From NCBI GenBank assembly GCA_964410185.1, contig CAYPFM010000001.1, forward strand, positions 16,860 through 80,859: DNA of 64,000 bases. Reading direction: 5' to 3'. The stretch is from an uncultured Candidatus Saccharibacteria bacterium. GTDB taxonomy: Bacteria > Patescibacteriota > Saccharimonadia > Saccharimonadales > JAUPVS01. A program made the position numbers and the translations under genes. Of the stretch, positions 48,109 through 57,321 are shown one piece after another; within the stretch, counting starts at the first letter, position 1; every line of letters starts with the position of its first letter. The notes beneath the pieces were generated by a model. That model saw only the letters and a list, made by a program, of their open reading frames with translations, was not told the origin of the DNA and ran no database searches.

Positions 48109-48864
48109 TTACTTAGTAGCTTGTTGGAACGATCGCGAAATTGTCTCGAGTTGAGGAATGACGTTTTTAGCATCTGTATTAATAAGAATCCACACATTAT
48201 TGCTGGTCTGGATGCTAGCGATGCTACTTGCCCCGACCTGGCCCGCCACGACCGAGCCAACATTAGTGGTATATAAGTCAGGTTTTTGAAACTTACTATT
48301 AAAAGCGCTGAAGTTAAACGCCGCTGGTAGTTTTTGCAGGGTGACGTGATAGATATTACCGGCTGGGTCCGTAATTGAATAGTACAGAACATCCTCTTTT
48401 ATAACTTTGATGTCTTTATTATAGGTATACCCAACTGGTAGATTCGATGGATAATACAACGGGAAGCTAATGCCCGGGATAGTTGGTGTACTGGCGGCTG
48501 TACTCTGATTGTTTTTTGACTGCACATATCGTGGCCTGACCAGGAACCAGCCAGCAGCCGCAAGACCAGCTAACACCAAAATAACTGTCATTATAATAAT
48601 GAATATAATTATCCGTTTTTTACGCTTGGGGCGCCGTTGCTTTGGTGGTTTAGGTGGTTTGGGCAATTTGGGTTGCTTAATTGGCGTTGGTTCGGGCTCC
48701 TGCACAGGAATAACCGGCGGCGGTGATACTTTTTCAACAGGGGCAGCCGATGGAAGTGTGGGTTTTGGGCGCGGCTTAGCAACCGGCCGCACATGCCCTG
48801 TGGCCGACTGTGCACGCCGCGTGTAATCCGTCCGCCGAAACCGGTTCCGTAACTCCTCATCCAT
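48109..48864 (-). CDS. hypothetical bitopic membrane protein, Pro/Lys-rich cytoplasmic region (251 aa)
   Basis: MDEELRNRF..., PKPPKPPKQRRPKRKKR before the TM helix IIIFIIIMTVILVLAGLAAAGWFLV, and an extracytoplasmic beta-rich domain. The ATG at 48864 was preferred over the GTG at 48897. Confidence 0.65.
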   Translation of the reverse strand: MDEELRNRFRRTDYTRRAQSATGHVRPVAKPRPKPTLPSAAPVEKVSPPPVIPVQEPEPTPIKQPKLPKPPKPPKQRRPKRKKRIIIFIIIMTVILVLAGLAAAGWFLVRPRYVQSKNNQSTAASTPTIPGISFPLYYPSNLPVGYTYNKDIKVIKEDVLYYSITDPAGNIYHVTLQKLPAAFNFSAFNSKFQKPDLYTTNVGSVVAGQVGASSIASIQTSNNVWILINTDAKNVIPQLETISRSFQQATK

Positions 48865-48962
48865 ACTTACAAAATAGCCCAGCCACTGGCTTAACACAAG
48901 CGTGTTTACCCTTTTGGGTGATTCTGTTAAGCTTATATAAGATACGGAGCGTGGAAGTCTTC

Positions 48963-51554
48963 ATGAGAATACAAATTCGAAAAGTATACAATTCTTGGCC
49001 CAAAAAACTCATACTCATAACCCTCCTGTTGGTGGCGCTATCATTAGGGTTCTACTTTAAGTTTGCCAGCGCGGCTTTCACTGGGAATAACGGTAACATT
49101 GCCTGGGGTGATGCCACCGCCGGGCGCGTCAGGGTTAGTGCCTACACTTTTGGCGCGCCGGGCAGTTTTGCTACCAGTTTCCGCCCCACAACCGCTCCTT
49201 CGGCCAGCACTATCCAATTTGTTGTCAACAAGCATGCGCCAAACAGGAACGAACGGCTTATTGGCACCCAGTTAACCAACGGCAACATGGTGATTGCGAA
49301 ATGTGCCAGTACTTGTACGGCCGTCGCCAACCTAACTTCGAACATCGCTCTCGTGACCATTCGGGGGACGAACGTCGTAAACCGGGCATTTGATATCGCC
49401 TACGAACAAAGTACTGGCCGAGCCATGGTAGTCTACGCCGGTAACCAAACCGGTTACTTATTCTACTGTATATATGACGGCGGCAGCTGGGGCCCGGTTA
49501 GTAACTGCGCGCCAACTGTTGGCACCAACAGTATTGCCTTAGATGATGGAACCACAGCTCTCACCGGCACGCCTGCCTGGGTGCGCCTGGTCCCCCAGGG
49601 GGAACAATTTGGCGCACTGCGCACCAACAATATGCTACTAGCAGTTCAAGATACCAACCAAGACATATACACGACCAGTTGGAACGGTTCAGCCTGGTCA
49701 ACTACCGATGACCAAACCCTTACTACCACCGGTGGCGCCAGTGTTGCGACCACTAACAGTGGCACCCAGTTTGGAGCGGCCTTTGATATTGGCTACGAGA
49801 GTGTCTCGGGCCAGGAAATGGCCGTTTACGCCGACGGTACGGCCTTGAAGTACCGAACCAGCACTGGTAGTGGCTGGAGCGGCACCACGACCATTGCCAC
49901 CTACGCCACTGCGGCTCAATGGGTTAGATTAGCCTCCGATTCTTTAAGTAATCGTATGAGTTTGATCACTGCTTTTGGGTCAACCGGAACCGTCGGCTCA
50001 ACTGCCACAGCCACCCCGTATATCTGGAAAACAGACGGCACGACCGCTGGCTTTACCAACTACACTACTCTGACCATGGCTCAGGATGCTGGTCAGAACA
50101 TTAGCACCGCCTGGGAAAAAGCTAACCTTGGTACACCCAAAGCACTGTTTAGCGCTTCGGCCAACGCCAACACACAGCAGCCCGATTGGTCCTCCTGGAC
50201 GCAAGGTGGTGGCTTTGTAGCTTGGGCGGCTCTCACTACCACCTCTGGAGACATTATCGTCAATAATGAGCTTATCCCCTCGCCCAACTCCGACATTATG
50301 ACGCTCACCCAAAGTAACCGTGATGGCAAGATTCGCGCCAGAACCTTCAACGGTACTGCCTGGGGAGCCTTGTTGACTACCAGCCTTCCGACGACAGCCG
50401 TTACCACAACGACCGGTAATACCGCCAACACAACCTACATGCAAAAACCGCACCAATATGCCTACAAACCCTACGCCCCTTGGTCGCAGAACTGGCGCAT
50501 ATATAGTGACTACACCGCTACCGGCAACCCAACCGTTCCTTTGGCCAACGATAATAATACGGCCACCGTGCAACCAAATGCCATCGTACGCTTACGCATG
50601 GCATATGCCGAGCTGGCCGGTGGCTCAACCAGTGATACCCGCAAAAAACTGCAATACAGTAGTGGTGCCGGCTGCCCCGACTCTTCCTCTTGTACCTGGA
50701 CAGATGTCGGTGCTCCAGGCAGTGGTACCATCTGGCGCTATTCAACCGCTGGTGGCTTGGCCGACAACGCCGCCGTTCCTTCGACCACCCTAGTTGGCGC
50801 GACTGCCACTGGCTACTCAGTTACCAACGGCACCGCCACTGTAACTGGTGATACTCAGACTGGTAACTCCGTTCAAGAATACGATTACACCCTGCAAAAC
50901 AACTCGGCTCCAACTGGTGTCACCTACTACTTCCGCGGGTACGACATCGGTACCAGCACCTCCACCAGCAGCAGCATCACCAACCTCAACCCCATTCTGC
51001 GCCAGCAAAATACCAACGCGGCTGGTGTCGAGCAGGATAACTGTAATGACGGCACCAATGCACTGCCATGCACTTACCCCTCCATCTTCTCCAACTCCAC
51101 GGCGCCAAACCCACCAACCTTCTTCTTCCCGCTCAACGGTAGCTCTAACTCCACCAGCACACCTACCATTCAGCTCAAGTCGGCCGATGTCTTGGGCAAC
51201 TACCTACAGTATGTAATTGAGTGGTGTCCAACTAACTCCTGGCCATGCCCTTCTGGTGGTGGTAGCTTCGACCAAGTATCCAGCCAAACCAACTGGACTG
51301 GGCAGGATGCCAACAGCGGACTTGCCTACATTGCTCAGCAAAACGAGGCGCTTTCGACAATGGGTCAGTATACAGTTGATCCCGGAATATTCGCCCCCAA
51401 TACCACCTACTATCTACGCGCGCGGGCCTATGATCCTGGGGGCACGGCTACCTACAGCTCGTATTCGTCAACGGTTGGATTTACGACCTCGGCCCTGAGT
51501 GTCCTCATCCAAGGTGGCACCAATATCAGGGGTGGCACCATCATTGCCAACTAA
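48963..51554 (+). CDS. large secreted/anchored protein with [YWF]-[DN]-G-[ST]-[AS]-W repeats and a C-terminal FN3-like domain (863 aa)
   Basis: MRIQIRKVYNSWPKKLILITLLLVALSLGFYF anchor. Repeats YDGGSWGPV, WNGSAWSTT, GSGWSGTT, FNGTAWGAL. C-terminal ...YYLRARAYDPGGTATYSSYS. The start was moved to M52 of the ORF-track entry. Confidence 0.8.
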   Translation: MRIQIRKVYNSWPKKLILITLLLVALSLGFYFKFASAAFTGNNGNIAWGDATAGRVRVSAYTFGAPGSFATSFRPTTAPSASTIQFVVNKHAPNRNERLIGTQLTNGNMVIAKCASTCTAVANLTSNIALVTIRGTNVVNRAFDIAYEQSTGRAMVVYAGNQTGYLFYCIYDGGSWGPVSNCAPTVGTNSIALDDGTTALTGTPAWVRLVPQGEQFGALRTNNMLLAVQDTNQDIYTTSWNGSAWSTTDDQTLTTTGGASVATTNSGTQFGAAFDIGYESVSGQEMAVYADGTALKYRTSTGSGWSGTTTIATYATAAQWVRLASDSLSNRMSLITAFGSTGTVGSTATATPYIWKTDGTTAGFTNYTTLTMAQDAGQNISTAWEKANLGTPKALFSASANANTQQPDWSSWTQGGGFVAWAALTTTSGDIIVNNELIPSPNSDIMTLTQSNRDGKIRARTFNGTAWGALLTTSLPTTAVTTTTGNTANTTYMQKPHQYAYKPYAPWSQNWRIYSDYTATGNPTVPLANDNNTATVQPNAIVRLRMAYAELAGGSTSDTRKKLQYSSGAGCPDSSSCTWTDVGAPGSGTIWRYSTAGGLADNAAVPSTTLVGATATGYSVTNGTATVTGDTQTGNSVQEYDYTLQNNSAPTGVTYYFRGYDIGTSTSTSSSITNLNPILRQQNTNAAGVEQDNCNDGTNALPCTYPSIFSNSTAPNPPTFFFPLNGSSNSTSTPTIQLKSADVLGNYLQYVIEWCPTNSWPCPSGGGSFDQVSSQTNWTGQDANSGLAYIAQQNEALSTMGQYTVDPGIFAPNTTYYLRARAYDPGGTATYSSYSSTVGFTTSALSVLIQGGTNIRGGTIIAN

Positions 51555-51581
51555 TTTAGTTGAATACTTTTTGTGTTCGTT

Positions 51582-52082
51582 TTACTTAGTGATGACTTGA
51601 TTGCCAACCACGACACCAGTTCGACCATTATATGCACAGGTTACTTTTACCGTGCCCGTTCCGGGGGCAACCGAAGCGCCAATTGTCCACGTCCAGGTGA
51701 CTGAACCATAATCATCAGCCTGTTTGGGAGCAAGCCCTGAGTCGGTACTGATTCCGTTGGCATAGGTTACAACTATGGTGCACTTTGAGCCAGCAGTGGT
51801 GGCAATACTGGCAGAAGCATTGGTACCAATTGCAACGGGCGTCGTTAAGGCATTAATCGCCACACCCACCGGAGCATTCGGGCCAGGCTTAACTGGTTTT
51901 GGTAGTGGGCTTGAATCCTCGGTATTGGCCACTGTTTGTGGCTCTTCTTGTTTGGGGATATTCTTACCAGTCAAGTAGACATAGCCTACCCCTCCCGCTA
52001 TAGATAATATCAGCAGCACAATTACCGTAATAATGATTCGTTTTAGGGTTTTAGGGAAACGACGTCGCTGCAGCACTTTCAT
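51582..52082 (-). CDS. hypothetical membrane-anchored protein (166 aa)
   Basis: Basic N-terminus, one TM helix, and a small beta-rich ectodomain with two Cys. Confidence 0.6.
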   Translation of the reverse strand: MKVLQRRRFPKTLKRIIITVIVLLILSIAGGVGYVYLTGKNIPKQEEPQTVANTEDSSPLPKPVKPGPNAPVGVAINALTTPVAIGTNASASIATTAGSKCTIVVTYANGISTDSGLAPKQADDYGSVTWTWTIGASVAPGTGTVKVTCAYNGRTGVVVGNQVITK

Positions 52083-53026
52083 GCCACCTCTGCCTTTTGT
52101 GACTGCTTATAGTCATGGAATTTTATCTCTGTTGGCGTTATCTGCAAGGCAACGTAGCCGTCTTCGTGAATGGTAGTAACCGGCGGTAACAAGGCATTAT
52201 CGCCGTATAAGCGAAGTTTGACCAGCTTGGCAATGATGGCTTGACGCGTCTCGGCATCGTTGACAACCTCGGCCTCGCCCCGCATTTGCACAGTTTGGGC
52301 GGTTTGTTCATCAAAAATAGTCAGAGCAACCTGTTCGTGGCCAAACATATCGCGGGCTTTTTGGGTGCCGGCCTTGGTAACCATACAGATCCGGTTGTCC
52401 ATGTTCAAAAAGTAGTAAATTGCGGCACCGTGCAAAACACCGGTTCGATCAATGGTCGAAAGCACGCCAACCTCGTGATCGTGTAAAAACTTAATCGCGG
52501 CTGGCTCGGGAACAACTGGTTGGCCGGGCTGTGGGTTTGGCGTAGCCACCGGCACCGGTGTTGGCGGTACTGTGACGGTAGACACCCTCTCCTGCCCCGT
52601 GGCGCCCACGTTCTTGAGCCGAGATTCAATGTACTGGACAAAAATTTTGGCGGCCTTAAGGCTAACAAAGCGAACGGTGTACTCAGCCACGCGGGTGTGG
52701 AGTGTGACTGTACAAAACATGCCGTTAGTGGCTTCTTTAACGCCAGCCACAACATCGTAGGTAATTTCGTCCAGCGATGTAAAACCGGGCTTGTGGTCCA
52801 AAAATACGACTCGTTGGTCGGTAGCCACCAGCATGCCTGAACTAAAGTTAAGCAAACCGCTATCTTCCTTGTAGCGTCCGTACACGACCCCTGTAATATG
52901 CTCGTCTGGGTGAATAACATTCGGCAAATAATGGCTGGCAAACTTAACCGCGCCATAGCCACCAGCACCAACTTCGCGCAACTCGGCGGCGATACGATCA
53001 TTATGTTCAGAACTTATTTTGGACAT
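52079..53026 (-). CDS. fusion protein: bacterial PH (YokE-like) domain plus pyridoxamine 5'-phosphate oxidase-family FMN-binding domain
   Basis: N-terminus ...HITGVVYGRYKE...GMLVATDQRVVFLDHKPGF...(PH-like). A Pro-rich linker. C-terminus ...FLHDHEVGVLSTIDRTGVLHGAAIYYF...VALTIFDEQTAQTVQMRGEAEVV (PNPOx-like split barrel). Confidence 0.65.
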   Translation of the reverse strand: MSKISSEHNDRIAAELREVGAGGYGAVKFASHYLPNVIHPDEHITGVVYGRYKEDSGLLNFSSGMLVATDQRVVFLDHKPGFTSLDEITYDVVAGVKEATNGMFCTVTLHTRVAEYTVRFVSLKAAKIFVQYIESRLKNVGATGQERVSTVTVPPTPVPVATPNPQPGQPVVPEPAAIKFLHDHEVGVLSTIDRTGVLHGAAIYYFLNMDNRICMVTKAGTQKARDMFGHEQVALTIFDEQTAQTVQMRGEAEVVNDAETRQAIIAKLVKLRLYGDNALLPPVTTIHEDGYVALQITPTEIKFHDYKQSQKAEVA

Positions 53027-53084
53027 GTCGGTCTCTCCTCTACCTCAAGTATAGTTGAGTTTGGGCGTCAATGTAAGTTAAAGG

Positions 53085-53312
53085 TTAGTGCTGGCTCGGA
53101 TCGTTCGGCTGAGGCAGCGCTTTAATACCTTGCAATACCTTTGTAAGTACCTCCTCGCTGGGAGGTGGCGTATCTACAGGCAGGCTATCCAAAAGATCAA
53201 CTCCGGACGGCTGCCCTTCGGTTTGCCCTACATCCGGGACTAGACCGGATTCTGGCTCCTGTGGTGGCCGCGGTCCTTCGTCCCAGGGATTACGACGCTG
53301 AAGATCTTCCAT
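53085..53312 (-). CDS. hypothetical small acidic Pro-rich protein (75 aa)
   Basis: ORF only. No family recognised. Confidence 0.35.
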   Translation of the reverse strand: MEDLQRRNPWDEGPRPPQEPESGLVPDVGQTEGQPSGVDLLDSLPVDTPPPSEEVLTKVLQGIKALPQPNDPSQH

Positions 53313-53375
53313 TTCATTATTAAATCACCTCGTTGCCGTGTATGCCAGACTCTTGTGCAAATTTAGGTAGTTTTA

Positions 53376-53792
53376 CTACTGTTTGGTGGCGTGGCCAATA
53401 TTAACCAGCCAGTGGATGCCGTACTTGTCGGTAACCATACCAAAAATGTCGCCCCAAACCTGCTTTTCGAGCGGAGCAAAAACATCGCCGCCCTCGGCCA
53501 GACCATTAAAGTAGCCGGTTAGTTGCTCGACATCATCGCCAGCGAGCGACATATTAACGCTGTCACCAAATGTAACAGCGCGGCCAGGCATGCCGTCGCT
53601 CGCCATGAAGGTCAGCTGACCATTGTCGAGCGTCGAGTGCATAACACCTTTGGGCGCTTCCTCGCCCGGCTTGGAAAAGTCCGAAAAGTGACTAATCTCC
53701 AGCTTGCCGCCAAAGATACTTTGATAAAACTTCATGGCTTCTTCGCAGTTACCATCGAAGTTGAGATAGGGTTGGAGTTGTGATTGATTCAT
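53376..53792 (-). CDS. VOC/glyoxalase-superfamily protein (PhnB/YjdN-like)
   Basis: MNQSQLQPYLNFDGNCEEAMKFYQSIFGG...WGDIFGMVTDKYGIHW is typical of PhnB-like proteins. The start was moved to M17. Confidence 0.7.
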   Translation of the reverse strand: MNQSQLQPYLNFDGNCEEAMKFYQSIFGGKLEISHFSDFSKPGEEAPKGVMHSTLDNGQLTFMASDGMPGRAVTFGDSVNMSLAGDDVEQLTGYFNGLAEGGDVFAPLEKQVWGDIFGMVTDKYGIHWLVNIGHATKQ

Positions 53793-53868
53793 ACTTTTAT
53801 TGTACTCTGCTTTGGCAATTTTACTGAACAGTGACACCACTGCTACAATAACCCCCGTGGCAGCAAAA

Positions 53869-54555
53869 ATGTTTCGACTTCAAGAATTCGGTACCGATAA
53901 CCGCAAAGTAGTGTTCTTTTTTGCGGGCATGGGCACGCGCACCTGGATGTATAAGCGGCCCATAAAACGCATGGTGGCCGATGGTTTTCGCGTCTTTGCC
54001 TACGACTTCGACCCTTTACTCGTACATAAAGGCGATGCCGACAGTTACCTCGCCGTTGCCAACACCACCTTCGATGACGTCAGCGCCAAGGTGCAGTCAC
54101 TAAAAGCGGCTGGCTTTACTGATTTTAGTAGCTTTGGTTTTAGCATGGGCACGATTTTAGCCATTAAGACAGCTGCTGAGTTACCAGAGATTACGCGAAC
54201 AATCATCATGCTCACCTACGGCAGTATCGCCGAGAATATCTGGACTTGGTGGTTCATTCATCCCGCCAAACGACGCGCCATTCGCCAAGGGTATACCATG
54301 GAGTCACTTGATAAAAAACTGGCACCAATCTCCCCAATTCCGAACGCCCCCAAATTAAAAGGTAAGAAGATTCTCCTCTACATCGCCTTCCGCGACAAAA
54401 TTCTGGTATACAAGCAATCACATCAATTCCAAGAGGCCCTCGACCGGGCCGGTGTCGACTACCAACTGGTAGAAAATACCAAACATGGACACAATCTTTC
54501 GGCCTACGAAAACTTCCGTCAGCATTCGCATTGGCTTACGTTTCTGAATTCTTAG
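53869..54555 (+). CDS. alpha/beta hydrolase
   Basis: Nucleophile elbow GFSMGT and a His near the C-terminus (NTKHGHN). The start was moved to MFRLQEFG. Confidence 0.65.
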   Translation: MFRLQEFGTDNRKVVFFFAGMGTRTWMYKRPIKRMVADGFRVFAYDFDPLLVHKGDADSYLAVANTTFDDVSAKVQSLKAAGFTDFSSFGFSMGTILAIKTAAELPEITRTIIMLTYGSIAENIWTWWFIHPAKRRAIRQGYTMESLDKKLAPISPIPNAPKLKGKKILLYIAFRDKILVYKQSHQFQEALDRAGVDYQLVENTKHGHNLSAYENFRQHSHWLTFLNS

Positions 54556-54565
54556 GGATTGGCCC

Positions 54566-54823
54566 TTAAAGGCCCATCTCGTCCATAATCACAAAGACTT
54601 CGCTCGTTGTTGGGGGCTTTCCAGATACAGGTGCAGTGGCCGCTGCCTTTAGTTGATCGGCAACGGAATTGGCTAAGGCGCACTCGCCTACCATTAGGCA
54701 GGTTGCCTCGCAGGTTCCATTCGTAAATTCTAAGCAGGCTTCGCGGTTAATGGTTGATCCACCTTCGGGCGAGCCAACTCTGATGTGGACTGCATTATCG
54801 GTCACTGGCCATCCGTCTTTCAT
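54566..54823 (-). CDS. hypothetical Cys-containing small protein (85 aa)
   Basis: ORF only. Confidence 0.35.
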   Translation of the reverse strand: MKDGWPVTDNAVHIRVGSPEGGSTINREACLEFTNGTCEATCLMVGECALANSVADQLKAAATAPVSGKPPTTSEVFVIMDEMGL

Positions 54824-54867
54824 AAAACCATTGTAGCAATAAAGCTGCCCAGAGAAACTGTTAGTGC

Positions 54868-55464
54868 TTACGTAAGTCGCCGCGAAACGGCGTGTGCAAC
54901 TAAGCTCTGCGCCAAACGCAAGTCATTTGCCAACGAGGCGTCAATAAAGTCTTTAATGTTCATCTCGGCTCGAATTTCTGGGCTGTCGGGTTCATCTGCC
55001 TGCCGAATGTGCGAGTAAATTCCGTAGGTACTGACATCACCCGGCAAGGAGTTTGCCATAACAAAATCATGCTGCATGCCAAGCTTGGGTGGCAGTGCGT
55101 CACGGAACGCCTCATACTCCTCGGGGACAATTGGCCGCCATCCCGCAAAACTCATGGTCCCCTCTTGGATATTGCGGGCCTGGGCCAGCTCGTCTAGTCC
55201 CAGTTTGCGGAACCTGGCAGCGAACGGAGAAATTGGCTCACCTGTTTCGGGATGTAAGGTAAGGAACTTATGAATCGTGAACGGCTGGCCGGCCTTCCCG
55301 ACCCGTTCTTGGTCAAAGATATGACTATCGGTAATACCTGCCGAAGCAACATACTGTTTCACCACCAACTCGGCCGCCGCAACCGCCGGAAAAGTAAGCA
55401 CCAGCAAGGCACGATCAAGCCGTCGCTTCTCTGTTGAGCCTAGATATTCAGCACCTCGCTTCAT
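54868..55464 (-). CDS. divergent bacterial sugar transferase (polyprenyl-phosphate glycosyl-1-phosphate transferase family)
   Basis: KRRLDRALLVLTFPA..., FDQERVGKAGQPFTIHKFLT..., LGLDELAQARNIQEGTMSFAGWRP matches the KR.fD / Q.RvG..G..F...KF.TM / lDELPQ..NVl.G.MS.VGPRP pattern. Confidence 0.6.
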   Translation of the reverse strand: MKRGAEYLGSTEKRRLDRALLVLTFPAVAAAELVVKQYVASAGITDSHIFDQERVGKAGQPFTIHKFLTLHPETGEPISPFAARFRKLGLDELAQARNIQEGTMSFAGWRPIVPEEYEAFRDALPPKLGMQHDFVMANSLPGDVSTYGIYSHIRQADEPDSPEIRAEMNIKDFIDASLANDLRLAQSLVAHAVSRRLT

Positions 55465-55503
55465 TGGTCAAAGGTACCATGGATCAGGTTTTATGGGTAT
55501 TGC

Positions 55504-56835
55504 TTACGCTTCTCTGGCAAGCCGTTCCAGTTCAAGGAACTTGGCTTCTGCATTGCGGGCAGGCGCATAGACATCTTCGCCGAAACTATAACCCTCGTAC
55601 AGCATAGTCATGGTCAGTGGCTCCATCTGGCCGCCCAAGGCGCCTGTTTGCCACACCCACGTTTCCATATAATCAGCATACCTGCCGGTACGCATAGCTT
55701 GCCTGTAAACCGAAGCCCGGAGGCTTGAAGCTGGCTCGGCATGCTGGCCAAGGTCGGGCAGAATATCGGCGATTAAGTCCCATGTTTTTTTGACACTTTC
55801 TAGATCGCTTGGGTTGTCGGGCGTAAACCTGACATCAGTGTCTGTAACTTCCACATTCAACGCTGCGAGACGAATTTTTGAATTATCATCAATCGGCGTC
55901 CTAATATCCATAACTTGGTCAACGTGATCATGACCCCAGAAGCCCGAAGACCCGGTGTTATAGCCTTTTCGTCGCATCAGCATTGCCGCATCGCGAACCT
56001 GGGGCTCAATCTCTTCTTTATAGGCACCCATATTCCATTCCTCATCAGTGGGCACAGGATTATTGGCAACTCTGTCCCCCAAAGCGCGAAACTGTTCAAT
56101 AAACGTACGCTCGCGTACAGCACTAGCCGCATCGGGCGAGAATGAATCTTCAATAGCAGCCAACGGATCACGCTCCCGAACATACTTGGTGCCAACCATA
56201 TCGAGCACGCCGTTTGGCATGTAAAAATCAAGTAGCGTCCCTGCTTCCGCTGCTTCACGGAAGGCAACGGCATTGCCAAACATTGCCGGTCCGACCGGCT
56301 CACCCCGATCTGGTAAAATGCTCGCCAGAAAATCCCAAGTCTGCTTTATGCTGTCCAGGTCCGCGGTATCTTCTGGCTGAAAGCTAAGCTGATTATCTTC
56401 GACCACGAAACCATTTTGCTCCAAGAGTGCAACCTCTTCGACGGAGAGCGGAGTAACAAGGTCAACTTTCTGCTCCTCTTGACGATCTACACTGAAGCCG
56501 GCATGAATAACATTGCCAACGTCGTAACCTTTGTCCCACATTTGCAGAACAGCGTCACGTACTTGCGGCTGAATTTCTTCTACATAGACGCCAATTTCCA
56601 TTTCCTCACGAGTCGGACAAGGGTTGGTTAAAAGTCGTTGGCCAAGTTCTTCATGCATTTGCTGGGCAGCTTCATGCATTACATGCGCGGGCGTTTCTCT
56701 GAACTGAGCGAGGTCAGGCCCATTTTGGATAAAATCATTTGGCCCGGCCTGGAGGTCGGGAGTAGGAATATCAGACAAAGGGCCATGCTGAGGCTGTTCC
56801 TCTGGTCCCTGTCCTGGATATATCTCCTGAGACAT
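55504..56835 (-). CDS. hypothetical protein built from two tandem homologous halves of about 200 aa (443 aa)
   Basis: EEMEIGVYVEEIQPQVRDAVLQMWDKGYDVGN...SIKQTWDFLASILPDRGEP is repeated as EEWNMGAYKEEIEPQVRDAAMLMRRKGYNTGS...SVKKTWDLIADILPDLGQH. Confidence 0.7.
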   Translation of the reverse strand: MSQEIYPGQGPEEQPQHGPLSDIPTPDLQAGPNDFIQNGPDLAQFRETPAHVMHEAAQQMHEELGQRLLTNPCPTREEMEIGVYVEEIQPQVRDAVLQMWDKGYDVGNVIHAGFSVDRQEEQKVDLVTPLSVEEVALLEQNGFVVEDNQLSFQPEDTADLDSIKQTWDFLASILPDRGEPVGPAMFGNAVAFREAAEAGTLLDFYMPNGVLDMVGTKYVRERDPLAAIEDSFSPDAASAVRERTFIEQFRALGDRVANNPVPTDEEWNMGAYKEEIEPQVRDAAMLMRRKGYNTGSSGFWGHDHVDQVMDIRTPIDDNSKIRLAALNVEVTDTDVRFTPDNPSDLESVKKTWDLIADILPDLGQHAEPASSLRASVYRQAMRTGRYADYMETWVWQTGALGGQMEPLTMTMLYEGYSFGEDVYAPARNAEAKFLELERLAREA

Positions 56836-56879
56836 ATCTATATTCTATCATTTTTATTGACTTTAGTCAATTGTTTGGT

Positions 56880-57300
56880 CTACTGCCAATCCTCAATATT
56901 GCCGCTCGAAAGCCCGGGTTGGGGCATTTTGGTACTGAAACCCTGCTCTTCGAGGCTTCGGGCATAGGCTTGCCACATCAGCACACCGACTACGCTCCCC
57001 TCCAGGGCGGTTGCCAGTAGTGTCTCTGTGTCGTAAGCGTCCTTAGCATAGGAAGCGTGAAGACTCAGGATGGCTAGTCCCGGCTGCCTTATCTTGCAAC
57101 CACAAGGCAAAGGCCACCTTGGCGTTGGCCTGAAGCGCCCCACTCACCATAATTGGTTCTTTCACTTCTTCAAGCGCGCTATTTGCCTGTAAAAATCGGT
57201 GCCAGTAACCGCCCATAAAACCAAACACTGATTGGGCATCACTGGGATCGCGGGCTAACCGAACGAGTTTTTCTTTGACTGGAAATTGCTCCAAGGACAT
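56880..57300 (-). pseudogene. possible frameshifted gene (two overlapping ORFs in different frames)
   Basis: ORFs 57043-57300 and 56880-57143 overlap by 101 nt in frames offset by one. A single indel near 57060-57100 would join them into a protein of about 140 aa. Confidence 0.3.
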
Positions 57301-57321
57301 AAGGAAATACTACCACAGGTA

